A DNA stretch of 64,000 bases from Balanoglossus misakiensis (GCA_040954595.2 CM082587.2:11227403-11291402); one strand, 5' to 3'. Numbered from the stretch's first letter, positions 1-13,299 are shown. Numbers and translations: made by a program. The notes: generated from the letters alone by a model not told the origin.

Positions 1-1216
1 CCAATGACGGGTAAGACCGCTTATGAAGTGGTGACCTAAGACAGGCGACAGTCAGGCTTCACTTCCAAAAAGTGGAAAATACAATAGCTACATTGGTAGG
101 CTGAAAGCTCACTTCCTGAGACTGTTTGTGCCAATGACGGGTAAGACCGCTTATGAAGTGGTGACCTAAGACAGGCGACAGTAAGGCTTCACTTACAAAA
201 AGTGGAAAATACAATAGCTACATTGGTAGGCTGAAAGCTTACTTCCTGAGACTGTTTGTGCCAATGACGGGTAAGACCTCATATGAAGTGGTGACCTAAG
301 ACAGGCGACAGTCAGGCTTCACTTACAAAAAGTGGAAAATACAATAGCTACATTGGTAGGCTGAAAGCTTACTTCCTGAGGCTGTTTGTGCCAATGACGG
401 GTAAGACCGCTTATGAAGTGGTGACCTAAGACAGGCGACAGTCAGGCTTCACTTACAAAAAGTGGAAAATACAATAGCTACATTGGTAGGCTGAAAGCTT
501 ACTTCCTGAGGCTGTTTGTGCCAATGACGGGTAAGACCGCTTATGAAGTGGTGACCTAAGACAGGCGACAGTCAGGCTTCACTTACAAAAAGTGGAAAAT
601 ATAATAGCTACGTTGGTAGGCTGAAAGCTTACTTCCGGAGACTGTTTGTGCCAATGACGGGTAAGACCGCTTATGAAGTGGTGACCTAAGACAGGCGACA
701 GTCAGGCTTCACTTACAAAAAGTGGAAAATACAATAGCTACATTGGTAGGCTGAAAGCTTACTTCCTGAGACTGTTTGTGCCAATGACGGGTAAGACCTC
801 TTGTGAAGTGGTGACCTAAGACAGGCGACAGTCAGGCTTCATTTACAAAAAGTGGAAAATACAATAGCTACATTGGTAGGCTGAAAGCTTACTTCCTAAG
901 ACTGTTTGTGCCAATGACGGGTAAGACCTCTTGTGAAGTGGTGACCTAAGACAGGCGACAGTCAGGCTTCACTTACAAAAAGTGGAAAATACAATAGCTA
1001 CATTGGTAGGCTGAAAGCTTACTTCCTGAGACTGTTTGTGCCAATGACGGGTAAGACCGCTTATGAAGTGGTGACCTAAGACAGGCGACAGTCAGGCTTC
1101 ACTTACAAAAAGTGGAAAATACAATAGCTACATTGGTAGGCTGAAAGCTTACTTCCTGAGACTGTTTGTGCCAATGACGGGTAAGACCGCTTATGAAGTG
1201 GTGACCTAAGACAGGC
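1..1216. repeat. 130-bp tandem satellite, ~9.4 highly homogeneous copies, open at the window start
   Basis: The unit ccaatgacgggtaagacc...gagactgtttgtg restarts at 1, 131, 261, 391, 521, 651, 781, 911, 1041 and 1171, with only scattered substitutions. Confidence 0.98.
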
Positions 1217-2446
1217 TTGAAAATGTCATTTCAGGCTTGAAAATGTCATTTCAGGCTTGAAAATGTCATAACGTTCGTTACCAACGTTGATCAAGTCAGA
1301 TTTCACAGGCATGGCTTGGCTAAAGCCCTGGCACTCTAGAGCAGAAACACGCGTACACGTTGATCTACTCACATCTCCTTCGGCCTGGCACGGCTGATGC
1401 CCCGGCAATATATATAGGACACAGACTGGCGTAAGTTATCAACGGTGATTACGTCGGATTTCCTACGGCCTGGTTTAGCTGAAGCCCCGGCACTTTAGAG
1501 CGGAAACACGCGTACATTGACCACGTTGATCAAGTCAGATCTCCTAAGGCCTGGCTCGTCTAAAACCCCGGCACACCATGACAGACACTGGCGTTCGTTA
1601 GCAACGGTGATCAAGTCGGATTTCCTTCGGCCTGGCTCTGCAAAAGACCCGACACTCTAGTACAAAGGCGTTGGCTAAGTCAGACAAACCGAACAGGGAA
1701 AGTCACAGCGGGTCAACACTCGACATTTGTTCGGGTAGGACTGCATTATTGCCTGTCAATTTATAGAGAAAGCCCGAATTTAACCTGGGCGTTTCAAACA
1801 CCGACGTAAGTTGGGGGCACGGCCTGCAGTACTGCCGGGTAAACTGACATCGGCGTACCGCATATAATGTAGGGGGGGGGAACAGAACGGTTCAATACTA
1901 CATTTATTAGATATCAGCTAATTTTGGACAATCATCTAAAATCTAAATCATTTTTTCATATTTGGATATCTGATGATGTATGAAATTTCCATTATATGTA
2001 AAAATGGTGCTTATTATATAAAAGGCACTCTGAATGAGCTGATTTAATACAAAATTGCGTTTTATTCGTTTTTGCACCAAAAAGGTAATTTTTAGGCAAA
2101 ACATTCTTTATTTTTTTTAATTCGGTGACCTGATCATATATAAACAATTGCTTGTATGTTGAAAGTTTTTATGACTCTTAAAAGCAGTGACACTGGCGGC
2201 ATTCAAGACGAAAATAACCATTTTAGCCACATTTTGTCAAAAATGGTAAATTTTTGAAAATTACGAAAAATAACTGTTTTCTACATTTTCGGTAATCTGG
2301 TGGAGTATAGAATGCCCTTCGTATGTATATATCGATACAAATTCCACAAAAGACAGTCTAATTTGGCTCACTGCAGACAAAATTGCATGTTATCAAATTT
2401 TGCTTGAAAATGTCATTTTTAGAAAAACAATTAAAAAAAGCTTTAA

Positions 2447-3161
2447 GGTGGCATTGCATGAAACCGTCGAGACTTTTTCAGAGGCCTATTTCTCATCAAA
2501 GACAACGTTAAAACCCCCATAAACCATATATATTCTGGAAGCTGAGTTTTTGAACTTTTGTTTGAGTTGCAAATATTATCGATTTTGGGTGAAAAAAAAC
2601 ATTTTTTGATATTATATCATTAAATTTAAATTAGGCAAAAAAGTTGACCATGCATCATGCATCTTAATATGTCATTCGAAACTAGAGTACACGTGCAAAA
2701 AAACGTAATTTTGTTTTGCGTTATCTGCTTCCATTGAGGAGTAACAGCGTTTGAAAGTTAGATTTTTTGTAAAATTTGATCAAATTCACGGTGAGTTGTA
2801 TTGAATCAGAGTTTATTCCCGCCAGGGACACTTTATCGACCAACAAAAATACCGTTTTGTTGGATGGGTCATACACAATCCCCTGTTGAAATTTGAGCAC
2901 ACTTGGCCAATGCAGAGCGAAGCTATTTTAGTCTGAAGTTGTCAAGAGCAGCGAAAATGCAAACTGACAAAAACGGCCATTTGCATTGTTGACACCTATT
3001 TGTTAAGCTGTGAACTCATTCAGAAAAGTGCTATTTTGGGGTGATTATGCACCATTTAGGCCAAGACGTATTAGTCAGAATGTGGGTCAGTATTAGGCCT
3101 ACCGATTTATGTAAAAAAAATTAAATTTGGCAAAAATCACAAGTTTTCATGCAATGCCACC
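2447..3161. mobile_element. Non-autonomous TIR DNA transposon (MITE), Kolobok-type, 715 bp
   Basis: 17-bp TIRs ggtggcattgcatgaaa / tttcatgcaatgccacc, with TTAA on both sides (2443-2446, 3162-3165). The empty site ctttaattgtt is seen in the satellite copy near 14657. A TTAA TSD with 5'-GG ends fits Kolobok rather than piggyBac (5'-CC/CA). Confidence 0.8.
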
Positions 3162-4374
3162 TTAATTGTTCTTCGAATTCGGTGTCCTGATTATATATGA
3201 CATGTTGATTGTATGTTAAAAGTTTCGACCACTCCAAAAATGCAGAGATATTGACGGAATTCAAGAAAAAATAGTCATTTTGGCCATATTTTGACAAAAA
3301 TGGTAAATTTTTAAAAAATCATAAAAAATTAACTCTTTTCTTCATTTTCGGAAATATAATGGAGCATGAAGTGTCGTTCTCTTGTAAAAAGTGCTGCAAA
3401 TTCCAGAAAAGGCGGTATAATTTGAATCACCCAAGACAAAATTACCATTTTCGACTTTTTTTTCGAAAAATTGTCTTTTTTACAAAATAAATAAGAATAA
3501 ATTCTTTTCTTAGCTTCAAACGGGTAGAGATACTTTCCACACGGGTTTTCTAACATTGAATTCCGGTTCATCAACTCAGATTTCCTACAGCATAAGTCGG
3601 CGAAAACCCTGACACTCTAGAGCAGAAACAGTTGCACACAGGTAACGTTGAACAAGTCGATTTTTCTACGGCCTGGCTCGGCTAAATCTCCGTCACAATA
3701 TGACAGACACTGGCGTACGTTAGCAACGGTGATCAAGTCAGATTTTCTACGGCATGGCTTGGATAAAGCCCCGGCACTCTAGAGCAGAAACACGCGTACG
3801 GAGACCACGTTGATCAAGTCTGATCTCCTACGGCTTGGCTCGACTAAAACCCCGGCACACTATGACAGACAATAGCGTTCGGTAGCAACGTTGATCAAGT
3901 CAGATTTCCTACGGCATGGCTTGGCTAAAGCCCTGGCACTCTAGAGCAGAAACATGCGTACAGAGACCACGTTGATCCACTCACATTTCCTTCGGCCTGG
4001 CACGGCTGATGCCCCGGCACTATATATAGGACACAGACTGGCGTAAGTTAACAACGGTAATCACGTCGGGTTTCCTACGGCCTGGCTCAGCTGAAGCCCC
4101 GGCACTCTAGAGCAGAAACAGGCGTACATTGACCACGTTGATCAAGTCAGATTTCCTACGGCGTGACTCCGCTGGTGCACCGGCTCTATATGACACAGAC
4201 TGGCGTAAGTTATCAACGGTGATTACGTCGGATTTCCTACGGCCTGGTTTAGCTGAAGCCCCGGCACTTTAGAGCGGAAACACGCGTACATTGACCACGT
4301 TGATCAAGTCAGATCTCCTACGGCCTGGCTCGACTAAAACCCTGGCACACCATGACAGACACTAGCGTTCGTTA

Positions 4375-5335
4375 CAACACTACATGTGACCAGACTCTTT
4401 GTTCTCTTGGGACATTATCTATGATAATGCACTGGTACCAGTGCAATATCTGGATATTGCACTGCACCTGGCATAATAAGATTCACTACAACAAACAAGA
4501 TAGCTTTGACAGGAGGTGCTGCCTCCGGCGGGAAGAACTGCTTCCAGGTGCACACACTTGGTTCGTCCATCTTTCTTTGTCGTGATCTCTGCGCTGCAGG
4601 GCTCAACCTTTGGTTGGGGGTTCGTTTCTACCTCACACACGGATTCACCTGAAAGCTTGATTTTTTTCGACGTACCAAAACTTCCCTGAAGTGCCTACGC
4701 TGACGTACAATCGAACATTCCTGATCAATATAAAACTACAAATTTACAAGTTCCGAGGAAAATGACAAAAAAATGGTACTAACAGACTGAGGATGTGCGC
4801 AATGGCGGCTGCAGGCCAGGAGAAAGGCACCCTTGATTTTCTGCAGGACACTTTCCATGACCGATGGTTTATGTACATTCTCTTCAATGAAGCTACCAAA
4901 ATCTTGGAAAATCCAGTCCATATCGTAAAAGCTACGCCCTTCGCTTTCGCTTGGGTGTCGGAACGTGCTCCATGGGTAATGAAAAGCTCGTGCTCGTCGC
5001 TACTTTCGGCCATGGTGTTTGTCTGTCGAAGGTTGAGTTCCGAATGATGATGGAAACGTGGCACCTCAATGACCACGTGACAAATGCCCTGGTTGACAAG
5101 TATCCAATCGAAATCGAAATCATACACCAGGTGTATTTTGCGACGCTTGTGATTGGTTGATGTGGTTGAGAAGTTGTTTAGCATATATCAAGAACACAGA
5201 TGTTGCGACGTATTGTAAGCCGGATAATGTACTCGTGTCGTGCAATCGTTCAGATATTGAACGACACTCGGGCCTGCGGCCCTCGTGTCGTTCAATATCT
5301 GAACGATTGCACTCCACTCGTACATTATCCTTTAC
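4375..5335 (-). mobile_element. Non-autonomous Crypton-like element (~960 bp) with a long terminal hairpin
   Basis: It interrupts the satellite sequence gcgttcgtta|gcaacgg with tta repeated at both junctions (alternatively a ttac terminal direct repeat). A ~110-bp hairpin at 5222-5330 has the same design as the ends of the Crypton at 18820-21181. There is a degenerate acidic minus-strand ORF start (MAESSDEHELFIT) and no YR domain. Confidence 0.55.
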
Positions 5336-5872
5336 TTAGCAACGGTGATCAAGTCGGATTTCCTTCGGCCTGGCTCTGCAAAAGACCCGACACTCTAGTA
5401 CAAAGACGTTGGCTAAGTCGGGCAAACCGAAGAGGGAAAGTCACAGCGGGTCAACACTCGACATTTGTTCGGGTAGGACTGCATTATTGCCTGTCAATTT
5501 ATAGAGAAAGCCCGAATTTAACCAGGGCGTTTCAAACACCGACGTTAGTTGGGGGCACGGCCTGCAGTACTGCCGGGTAAGCTGACATCGGCGTACCGCA
5601 TATAATGTAGGGGGGGGGGGGGGGAACAGAACGGTTCAATACTACATTTATTAGATATCAGCTAATTTTGGACAATCATCTAAAATCTAAATCATTTTTT
5701 CATATTTGGATATCTGATGATGTAAGAAATTTCCATTATATGTAAAAATGGTGCTGATTATAAAAAATGCACTCTGAATGAGCTGATTTAATACAAAATT
5801 GCGTTTTATTCGTTTTTGCACCAAAAAGGTCATTTTTAGGCAAAACATTCTTTATTTTTTTAATTTAATTTT

Positions 5873-6508
5873 AGTTCAGTGAGTTCAGTAGTGACAATGT
5901 TCCGGGAAATGGGTCGCAGAATATATCAGTCGTTCCAGTTTCATTGAGAAGATGGTTGATCCGTGGCCGCACAGGATGTCTCGTATCACACTTGGTGGAA
6001 AACTCCGTCACCGTGGTAGTTTCGCCATACAGGCCTGGCAGTCAGATTCTGGTAGGATTACACACACAGTGCCTCAGTGCTACCGCTGGCTGTCATGTCA
6101 GTCTCCCCCTCAAGAATGGGCACGCAGCCTTTTATACCACCTTCCAGGTGCATTGCTGTACATATTTTCTACAATAATTTATTCAGAATGATTGTCCACT
6201 GTTCTCCACTGTCTATTGTTTTCGTTTCTCCCCGAATTATCACCTCCGAATTATTCATGCAAACCAAATCAGTGCAGAGATTATGTAATCCACGGCTGGT
6301 GAATTGTCCATGCGCAGTTATTCACACCGGTGGTGTGTCATAGCAGAGTTCATTTTGTCAAAGCCGTTCGATGCTAATATGTGTAACTGACTGTCTAACC
6401 ACCTCAGACAAGTAGACGTGCAGCAAATCCTAACTAACCTTTAACCACCACACAAAAACAACACTGGACACACAAGACAACACACAACACTATAGACACT
6501 TTGTGACA
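5873..6508 (-). repeat. 3' LTR of the Gmr1-like Gypsy, with ~350 bp missing at its outer end
   Basis: Near-identical to ~13843-14479. It joins the satellite abruptly, with no TG..CA outer end or TSD. Confidence 0.9.
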
Positions 6509-6639
6509 CTACTCCCCTTTCAAAGACGGAACTAGTTTCGTCTTAAAACTGAAAAGTTTCTATAGTTACAGCTATATGGGGAAGCTGAAATACTATTTCC
6601 TTTTGCTCACCTTAGGTATTCATTGAAATATAACGGCTT

Positions 6640-7222
6640 TACCCTGTGCTTCGGCTCAAGTAGTCAGCTTCAACATTGTCTGTACCTTTGATAGCAACGA
6701 TCCTGTAGCGAAAGGACTGCAATTACAGAGCCCAACGCATCAACCGACTATTTGATACTTTGGCACGGCTTAAGTAGATAAGTGGCTGGTGGTCAGTCTC
6801 AATCACAAACTCTTTCCCATAAAGGTACTGTTGGAATTTACAAATACCCCAGATAATTGCCAAACATTCTTTTTCAATCACTGAATATGCTGTCTCCCTT
6901 TTAAGCAATTTTCTACTTGCATAAATTATTGGGAATTTGTTGCTCTCATGTTCTTGCAAGACGACTGCCCCCAGTCCATTATCTGATGCATCAGCCCTTA
7001 AAATGAAAGGCTTTGAAAAATCTGGCAGCCTTAGAACCGGATAGTTACTCAGGGCCCTTTTCAATTCAGTAAAGGCCTTCTCCTGTGGCATACCCCAGTG
7101 AACCACCTTTGGTTGTCCCTTTCTAGTGAGGTCACTGAGTGGCGCTGCTATAGATGCAAAGTTTGGTATGAATTTTCTATAGTAGCTGGCCATTCCCAGA
7201 AACGAACGAACTTGCTTTACTG
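6640..7222 (-). pseudogene. pol: Gypsy pol C-terminal part (RT thumb/connection + RNase H)
   Basis: KQVRSFLGMASYYRKFIPNF, FILRADASDNGLGAVVLQ, YSVIEKECLAI, ETDHQPL. There is a stop after RWAL. It continues the 11747-12960 frame once the insertion is removed (KPRT|VKQV). Confidence 0.9.
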
Positions 7223-8009
7223 CACTGCAAATTCTGCAAAAACAAGCCGGTTTGTACTCAAGCCATTCGGGTTTGCTGACAAGCCACCTCGTCATACTTG
7301 CCGAAACTTCGGTATTTCCACAAGCCGCTAAATTTTCTGGTGTGTGCCAGCAAGCCAGTCAATGTTAGAAAAATGGTTTGTAAATACGCCGCTGGACAAC
7401 CTGTCTGGAATGGCTTATTATAAGCCATTGAACAAAATCTCTGGTTTGCTCGCAAACTTTAGTGATACTTATGTCTGGCTCGAATTTATACCATATTTAA
7501 CCTTGGCTGCATTTTAAGCCGTTGGAGTTAGTGGTCGCTTTTCAAACCATAAAAAGATGTAAGTATGGTTTGAAAACACGCCATGGAAAACTTTGCCGGG
7601 ATGTGGTTCATATACACGCCACGCTGGGCACAATGTCTTGCGAAATACCCTGATTTGGCGCGCGAATGCAGGGTCAAAGGTTATTTATTACACAACTACA
7701 ACGTTTTGACGCGAGAGAAGACGGTCCACGGGTGAGGAAGCAGATCGAATCACGTCGTTCCCTTTATAAAATTCGTTCAGCGATTTACAATGCACTCAAC
7801 CTGTTCCTAAGGTAGAACCGAAATACCATATGCGTGGATAATTACTTTGGCACCGAGCATCGTTATGGAAGGATGACATCTAATGACTTAGCAGTTGACC
7901 GCCAGCATCTACGAGACCGTAACATAGAACAATGCCGGTTGGGGTAAGTCCTGCTTCCATTCCATTTTGTGACAGTAACTACATTTTTGCGAGCAGTGAA
8001 GATAATACA

Positions 8010-8690
8010 AAATTAACAGGCCCGAATCCTGTATATACTGACTTGATCATGTGTTGATGATAGCTGAAAAGCATGTGAGAAGAAGTAATGTCAAAAGTTT
8101 GACAGCATAAAATGATAAAGTAGGGAGTGGGGCCCCAAAGGAATTTCATTATTCTTGCTATTTTCAGCCTCCATCCCCGTTCATTTTTGTTTATGCATTT
8201 TTGTGAGCGAAGACGATGCAAAGTATGTCACCATTAACAGGCCCGAATCCTGTATATACTGACTTGATCATGTGTTGATGATAGCTGAAAAGCATGTGAG
8301 AAGAAGTAATGTCAAAAGTTTGACAGCATAAAGTAGGGAGTGGGGCCCCAAAGGAATTTCATTATTCTTGCTATTTTCAGCCTCCATCCCCGTTCATTTT
8401 TGTTTATGCATTTTTGTGAGCGAAGACGATGCAAAGTATGTCACTATTAAAAGGCCTGAATCCTTTATATACTGCATTGATCATGTGTGGATGGTTACAA
8501 AAAAGTCTGAGCAAATCAAAAGAATTTTTTTAATGCAGCTCCGGAGTGGGGCCCTATAGCGCTATAGCCTAGGAATTTCACCATGCTTGCTATTGGCAGC
8601 CTACATCCCCATTCATGTTTGTTTATGCACTTTTACTAGTCAAGATAATTCAAAATATGTATTAATATCTATACTGTATTGATCATTTGT
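8010..8690. repeat. ~220-bp tandem duplication (2 close and 1-2 diverged copies) inside the EnSpm-like element
   Basis: attaacaggcccgaatcctgtatatactg occurs at ~8012 and ~8233, with a diverged copy at ~8446. Confidence 0.8.
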
Positions 8691-9460
8691 AGATCGAGAG
8701 ATATTTCAAATATATGAAGCTTCGAGTGGGGCTAGTGGCAGTGGAAGTCAACATGGGGGGGGGGGGGGGGGGTAACCGCAATAAAAATGTTGTTTTGTGT
8801 TCCAACACTATATCAATGGATACCCATAATATTTAAATCATTGGCTGAATAATTTTTTTTTGATAAACCATGATCTCGGACCACAGGATTATTTAACCCC
8901 TGCATGCCTGCGATTTGTAACAATAATGATTCCTACTTTAATTGAACCCCAGATATTTGCATAAGAATGAAATAAATGATCTTGGTTTTGCAGGAGTGGT
9001 GATACTGGTTATGGGAAGGAAGGAGCAGTTGTTATTTTATTAGGCACCAAAAAAATATGAAAAAGTCAACAAGTACCATTTATGTTGAAGCATACACGGT
9101 ATGTATAATTAAGTAGATTTTGTTATTTTTTTAATATCCATTTTTGTCATCTAGTCATCTGTTTTCTTTACAGTTTAGTTTGTAGGGACTTCATTATAAA
9201 AATACCAACCATGTGGTTATAATTTCAGTATTGCATTTGGGAAGAGATTTTACTATTTATGCCTAAAAACTAATTTTAAAGGAACATGCCTATCTGTATT
9301 TATTAATATAGTCCAGCTATCATGTATGTAACATGTATTCAGTTATAGTCAAAGGAAACAATTCACTAAACTCTAGGTGCAAAATTTCATGCATTGCTCA
9401 TTGAATCAGTTTCATCTTGTTTGTTACATGCTGTGTATCTCATGGTTATGTTTGTGTTTC

Positions 9461-10066
9461 ATGGTTGCTGCCTATAACATTAGGATGGCACCATATTGTA
9501 GTGTTGTATCGATCAGTCTCATGTTCTGATATGGTTGCTGCCTATAACAGTAGGATGGCACCATATCGTAGTGTTGTATCGGTCAGTCTCATGTTCTCAT
9601 ATGGTTGCTGCCTATAACAGTAGGATGGCACCATATCGTAGTGTTGTATCGGTCAGTCTCATGTTCTCATATGGTTGCTGCCTATAACAGTAGGATGGCA
9701 CCATATCGTAGTGTTGTATCGGTCAGTCTCATGTTCTCATATGGTTGCTGCCTATAACAGTAGGATGGCACCATATCGTAGTGTTGTATCGGTCAGTCTC
9801 ATGTTCTCATATGGTTGCTGCCTATAACAGTAGGATGGCACCATATCGTAGTGTTGTATCGGTCAGTCTCATGTTCTCATATGGTTGCTGCCTATAACAG
9901 TAGGATGGCACCATATCGTAGTGTTGTATCGGTCAGTCTCATGTTCTCATATGGTTGCTGCCTATAACATTAGGATGGCACCATATCGTAGTGTTGTATC
10001 GGTCAGTCTCATGTTCTCATATGGTTGCTGCCTATAACATTAGGATGGCACCATATCGTAGTGTTT
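9461..10066. repeat. 70-bp minisatellite, ~8.7 copies
   Basis: atggttgctgcctataac... at 9461, 9531, 9601, 9671, 9741, 9811, 9881, 9951 and 10021. Confidence 0.97.
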
Positions 10067-11746
10067 TGTGGTATGTGTGTCAGTCTCATGGTCATTCCCC
10101 ATTGATAAATAGAGAGACACTATCTTCTTTTGTTGAGTATGTCTCATACGAGTCATTGTCATATTTTCTTGTGTACATATGTGTTATGTGTTGTTTTCAT
10201 GCTGGAAATTGTTTCTAATATACACTCATGTTAATTTCTAACAAGATTGTTTTCTCTTTTTGTTTTTCACTATTTGAGAGTGTTTCCCATTGAAAGAAGA
10301 CGAAGTTTCATAGTAAGGAAGAAGATACTCAAGGCTACTGCCATGACTCCAATACTCAAATGCATATAAAGGAGGATTTAAAAGTACTTTTCCACACTTA
10401 ATGGTGACTTTGAAATCTGTATTCATGTCAGTTTTGACAAACAGTAGATTCAAAAAATGAGGCATTTTTGATGGATTGAAATGATTTTCCCTAACCACTT
10501 GAACGGAAAATGAGATAAAAGTTTTATTGTATATATTTTCTATCATTTATGGGGTTAATTCATTTGATTTACATAATACCATGTATTTACCGTTGTTCCT
10601 TTTTTCTTACATTGTCATTACAATAATAATGATTGACCAAAAAAGATCTTTCTCGGTGTGCTTTTTTGACAGGTTAACATACCATTGACTGTGGAGTACT
10701 AAGATGCTGCACATTATGACACATGTTATGCTTCAAGACCAAGTTATTTAAGGGCATAGTAACTAACTTTGGGCTATTTTTTATGTATTTTTGTTCAGTG
10801 TATCGACTCCTTATTCCTGTTCTACTCCTTAAAGCATGATTAACTGCCCAGGTTCGGGATCTCAACTTTGGCCTTTGCAAATGAGTTCAGGTCTGGACTA
10901 AAATTATGTTTTTTGACAATTGCTGATTGTACAATTATGGCAGTGTATAGAATCTAGTAAATGGCATTGCATCATGCTTTGGTGAGTTGAACAAGAAACT
11001 GCAGTCACTTGAAAGAGCAAAAATGCTAAAAATGGCCCAAATTTATAACTATAGCTTTTAGGTAAACTGAAGCAAAACATGCAATTCAAATTTTTGGCTT
11101 GCTTACAAACTGCATTCTGTGTAAGAATGGTTTGTATACATGCCAAAGCCCAAGCAGAGTGGCTGATTTTTAAACCACTGCTCAAGCATTCTCAGTTTGT
11201 CAGCAAACCAGGAAATGCTAATTTTTGGTTTGCTGGCAAACTGAAGTGATTCATGTTTGGTTTGCTAGCACACCAGTTTTAAGTAGAAGTTGGCTTTCAG
11301 ACAAGCCAATGTAAATTTTAAGGGTTTACGTACAACCCCTTTGTATTATTCGACGGTTTGTTGGCAAGCCATTGTTTTAGAAAGTGGCTTACATGCAAGC
11401 CATCACAATATATTCATTGGTTTATATACAAACCCCTTAGATTTGTGATGGTTTGTTGACAAACCACTGGATAATGAATCGGTGTGTCTTCAAGCTCATT
11501 TGCTGAATAGAATGGCAGGCCAGCAAGCCATATTTCATTACTATGGTTGGCCTACACACCACTCATTAAACTTGCTGTGGTCTATCAGCAAGCCGGTAAG
11601 TTATATAAAACGGCAACTCAGCAAGCTAAATTCAAGCCAAAATCAAGCCAAATTTGAAGAAACGAAAGAAGCCGATTTGCGACAAACAAGCCGGTTTGAA
11701 TTTGGCTTGAATTTAGCTTGCAGGAAAGCCAGAAGAATTTGCAGTG

Positions 11747-12960
11747 TGTACGGGGTTTTTCTGCACGAAGAAGTGCCTCCAATTTCTGTGGCTGCATTTG
11801 CAATAACCCCTGGCCAACCAAATGTCCCACAAATTCCAAATTTTGATATCCTATGTAACATTTACTGGGCTTTGCAGTTAAACCTGTTTCATCTAGTCTT
11901 CTGAGTACTTCCGTTATGGTATCAATATGATCTGCCCATGACTGGTTGTGTATTAAGATGTCATCTATTATATTTTCAACCCTTCCTTGCAATCCTCTGA
12001 GAACTATTCTCATAATACGACTGAAGGTCGCCGGAGCATTGACAAGACCAAATGGCATAAACCGAAACTGAAACAATCCTTTAGGGGTGAGAAAGGCGGT
12101 TTTGTCCTTTGCCCCCTCTGCCATTGGGATTTGCCAATACCCTTTGGTAAGATCTAACTTAGTAAAGTATTTGCTCTCGGTTAATCTAGTAAATAACTCA
12201 TCAGAATTTGGTATTGGTTCTGCATCAAAGGTGGTGACTTTGTTCAACTTTCTAAAGTCGATACAAAATCGAACGGTGCCATCTTTTTTTGTAATTAAGA
12301 CAATGGGGGATGCATATGGAGAATCTGATGGTTCAATCACACCCATTCTTAGCATACTGTCAACTTCCTGACACACAGTGTCTTGTAATGCAAATGGCAG
12401 TGGATACGGTTTAGACCTAATAGGGTCATTGGATATTAACTTGATATCATGTTCCCCTACTTTTAATTTCCCAGGCATGTCTGTCAGTATATGCGCAAAT
12501 TGTCTCAGAGTTCTTCTCACATCTTGGTTTTGTTCTGCACTCAGATTTTGCACATCCTCAATACTTTCTTTCCCTAGCGATGAGGTAGTTTCTATCAAAT
12601 CATTCCCCTGTCCCTGATCACTATTTTCATTACATTCATCCTCATCCACCTCTTTACTTTCTATTACCCCAATACATACACATTCCATCACACCGCCACT
12701 AATTGGCTCATGCTCATCCTTGTCCTCCCCACGTTCTTCATATTTCTTCAATAAATTAGCATGATATAATTTCAACCTTGTCTTAACTTCCAGTCGATAG
12801 TCCATCAGACCAACCCTTTCTTTTACAGTGTATGGGCCTTGCCATTGCATTTTTAATTTGTCAAGCTCTGTAGGAAGTAAAAGCAAGACCTTATCCCCGA
12901 CCTTGAAAGTCCTATCACTGGTTTTCTTGTCAAAATGCAATTTGTACCTTGATTGCGAGA
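11747..12960 (-). pseudogene. pol: Gypsy pol fragment: integrase C-terminus (GPY/F) followed by reverse transcriptase
   Basis: FKVGDKVLLLLP...WQGPYTV...YHANLLKKY, then SPYASPIVLITKKDGTVRFCIDFRKLN, LDLTKGYWQI, MPFGLVNAPATF and IIDD. Protease and the INT core are deleted. Confidence 0.92.
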
Positions 12961-13299
12961 GGGTGATTTTAGACTCAACTTCTGTTCTACAGGTTCGCTT
13001 TTTAACCATTTCAATTTTTCAAGTTCAAATTGTCTGTAACTGGTTAATTTTTCTTGTTCGAATTGCCTGTCTTTCTCTCTCTGTCTTTCAGCTGACATTA
13101 ACTTTTCCTGTTCAAACTCTAGTGTACGCAAAGTTACTTCAGTTTCCAATTTATCAGCTTCTCGTTTTGCCTGTCTCTCTTCACGTGCTCTGTTTTGTTG
13201 TTCTCGTGCTATGTTTTGTTGTTCTTTTATGAAATCAGCAAAGTCTCCTCCTTCTAACCCTATCTCTTCACCAACTCTCTTAATTTCAGCCAGATCCAT
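12961..13299 (-). pseudogene. gag: Gypsy gag N-terminal remnant (coiled coil), fused to the INT tail by deletion
   Basis: MDLAEIKRVGEEIGLEG...REERQAKRE starts just downstream of the PBS and is E/R/Q-rich. Confidence 0.75.

Larger units (their letters stand above)
1270..5872 (-). repeat. ~1.89-kb composite macrosatellite, reverse orientation, interrupted by two insertions (2447-3161, 4375-5335)
   Basis: Reverse complement of the unit repeated at 54073-64000: ~81-bp GC-rich subunits (gatcaagtc at 3731, 3812, 3893), a poly-G landmark and an AT-rich block. Confidence 0.93.
7223..11746. mobile_element. Non-autonomous EnSpm/CACTA (CMC)-type DNA transposon, 4524 bp, inserted in Gypsy pol
   Basis: TIRs cactgcaaattc / gaatttgcagtg, a 2-bp TSD (tg) and many subterminal caagcc/aaacc motifs at both ends. 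Its removal restores the pol frame. No transposase recognised. Confidence 0.8.

Noticed and set aside
1-1216. CRISPR-like regular repeats (also 9461-10066 and the 81-bp subunits)
   Set aside because: These are head-to-tail repeats without unique spacers, there are no cas genes, and the context is eukaryotic.
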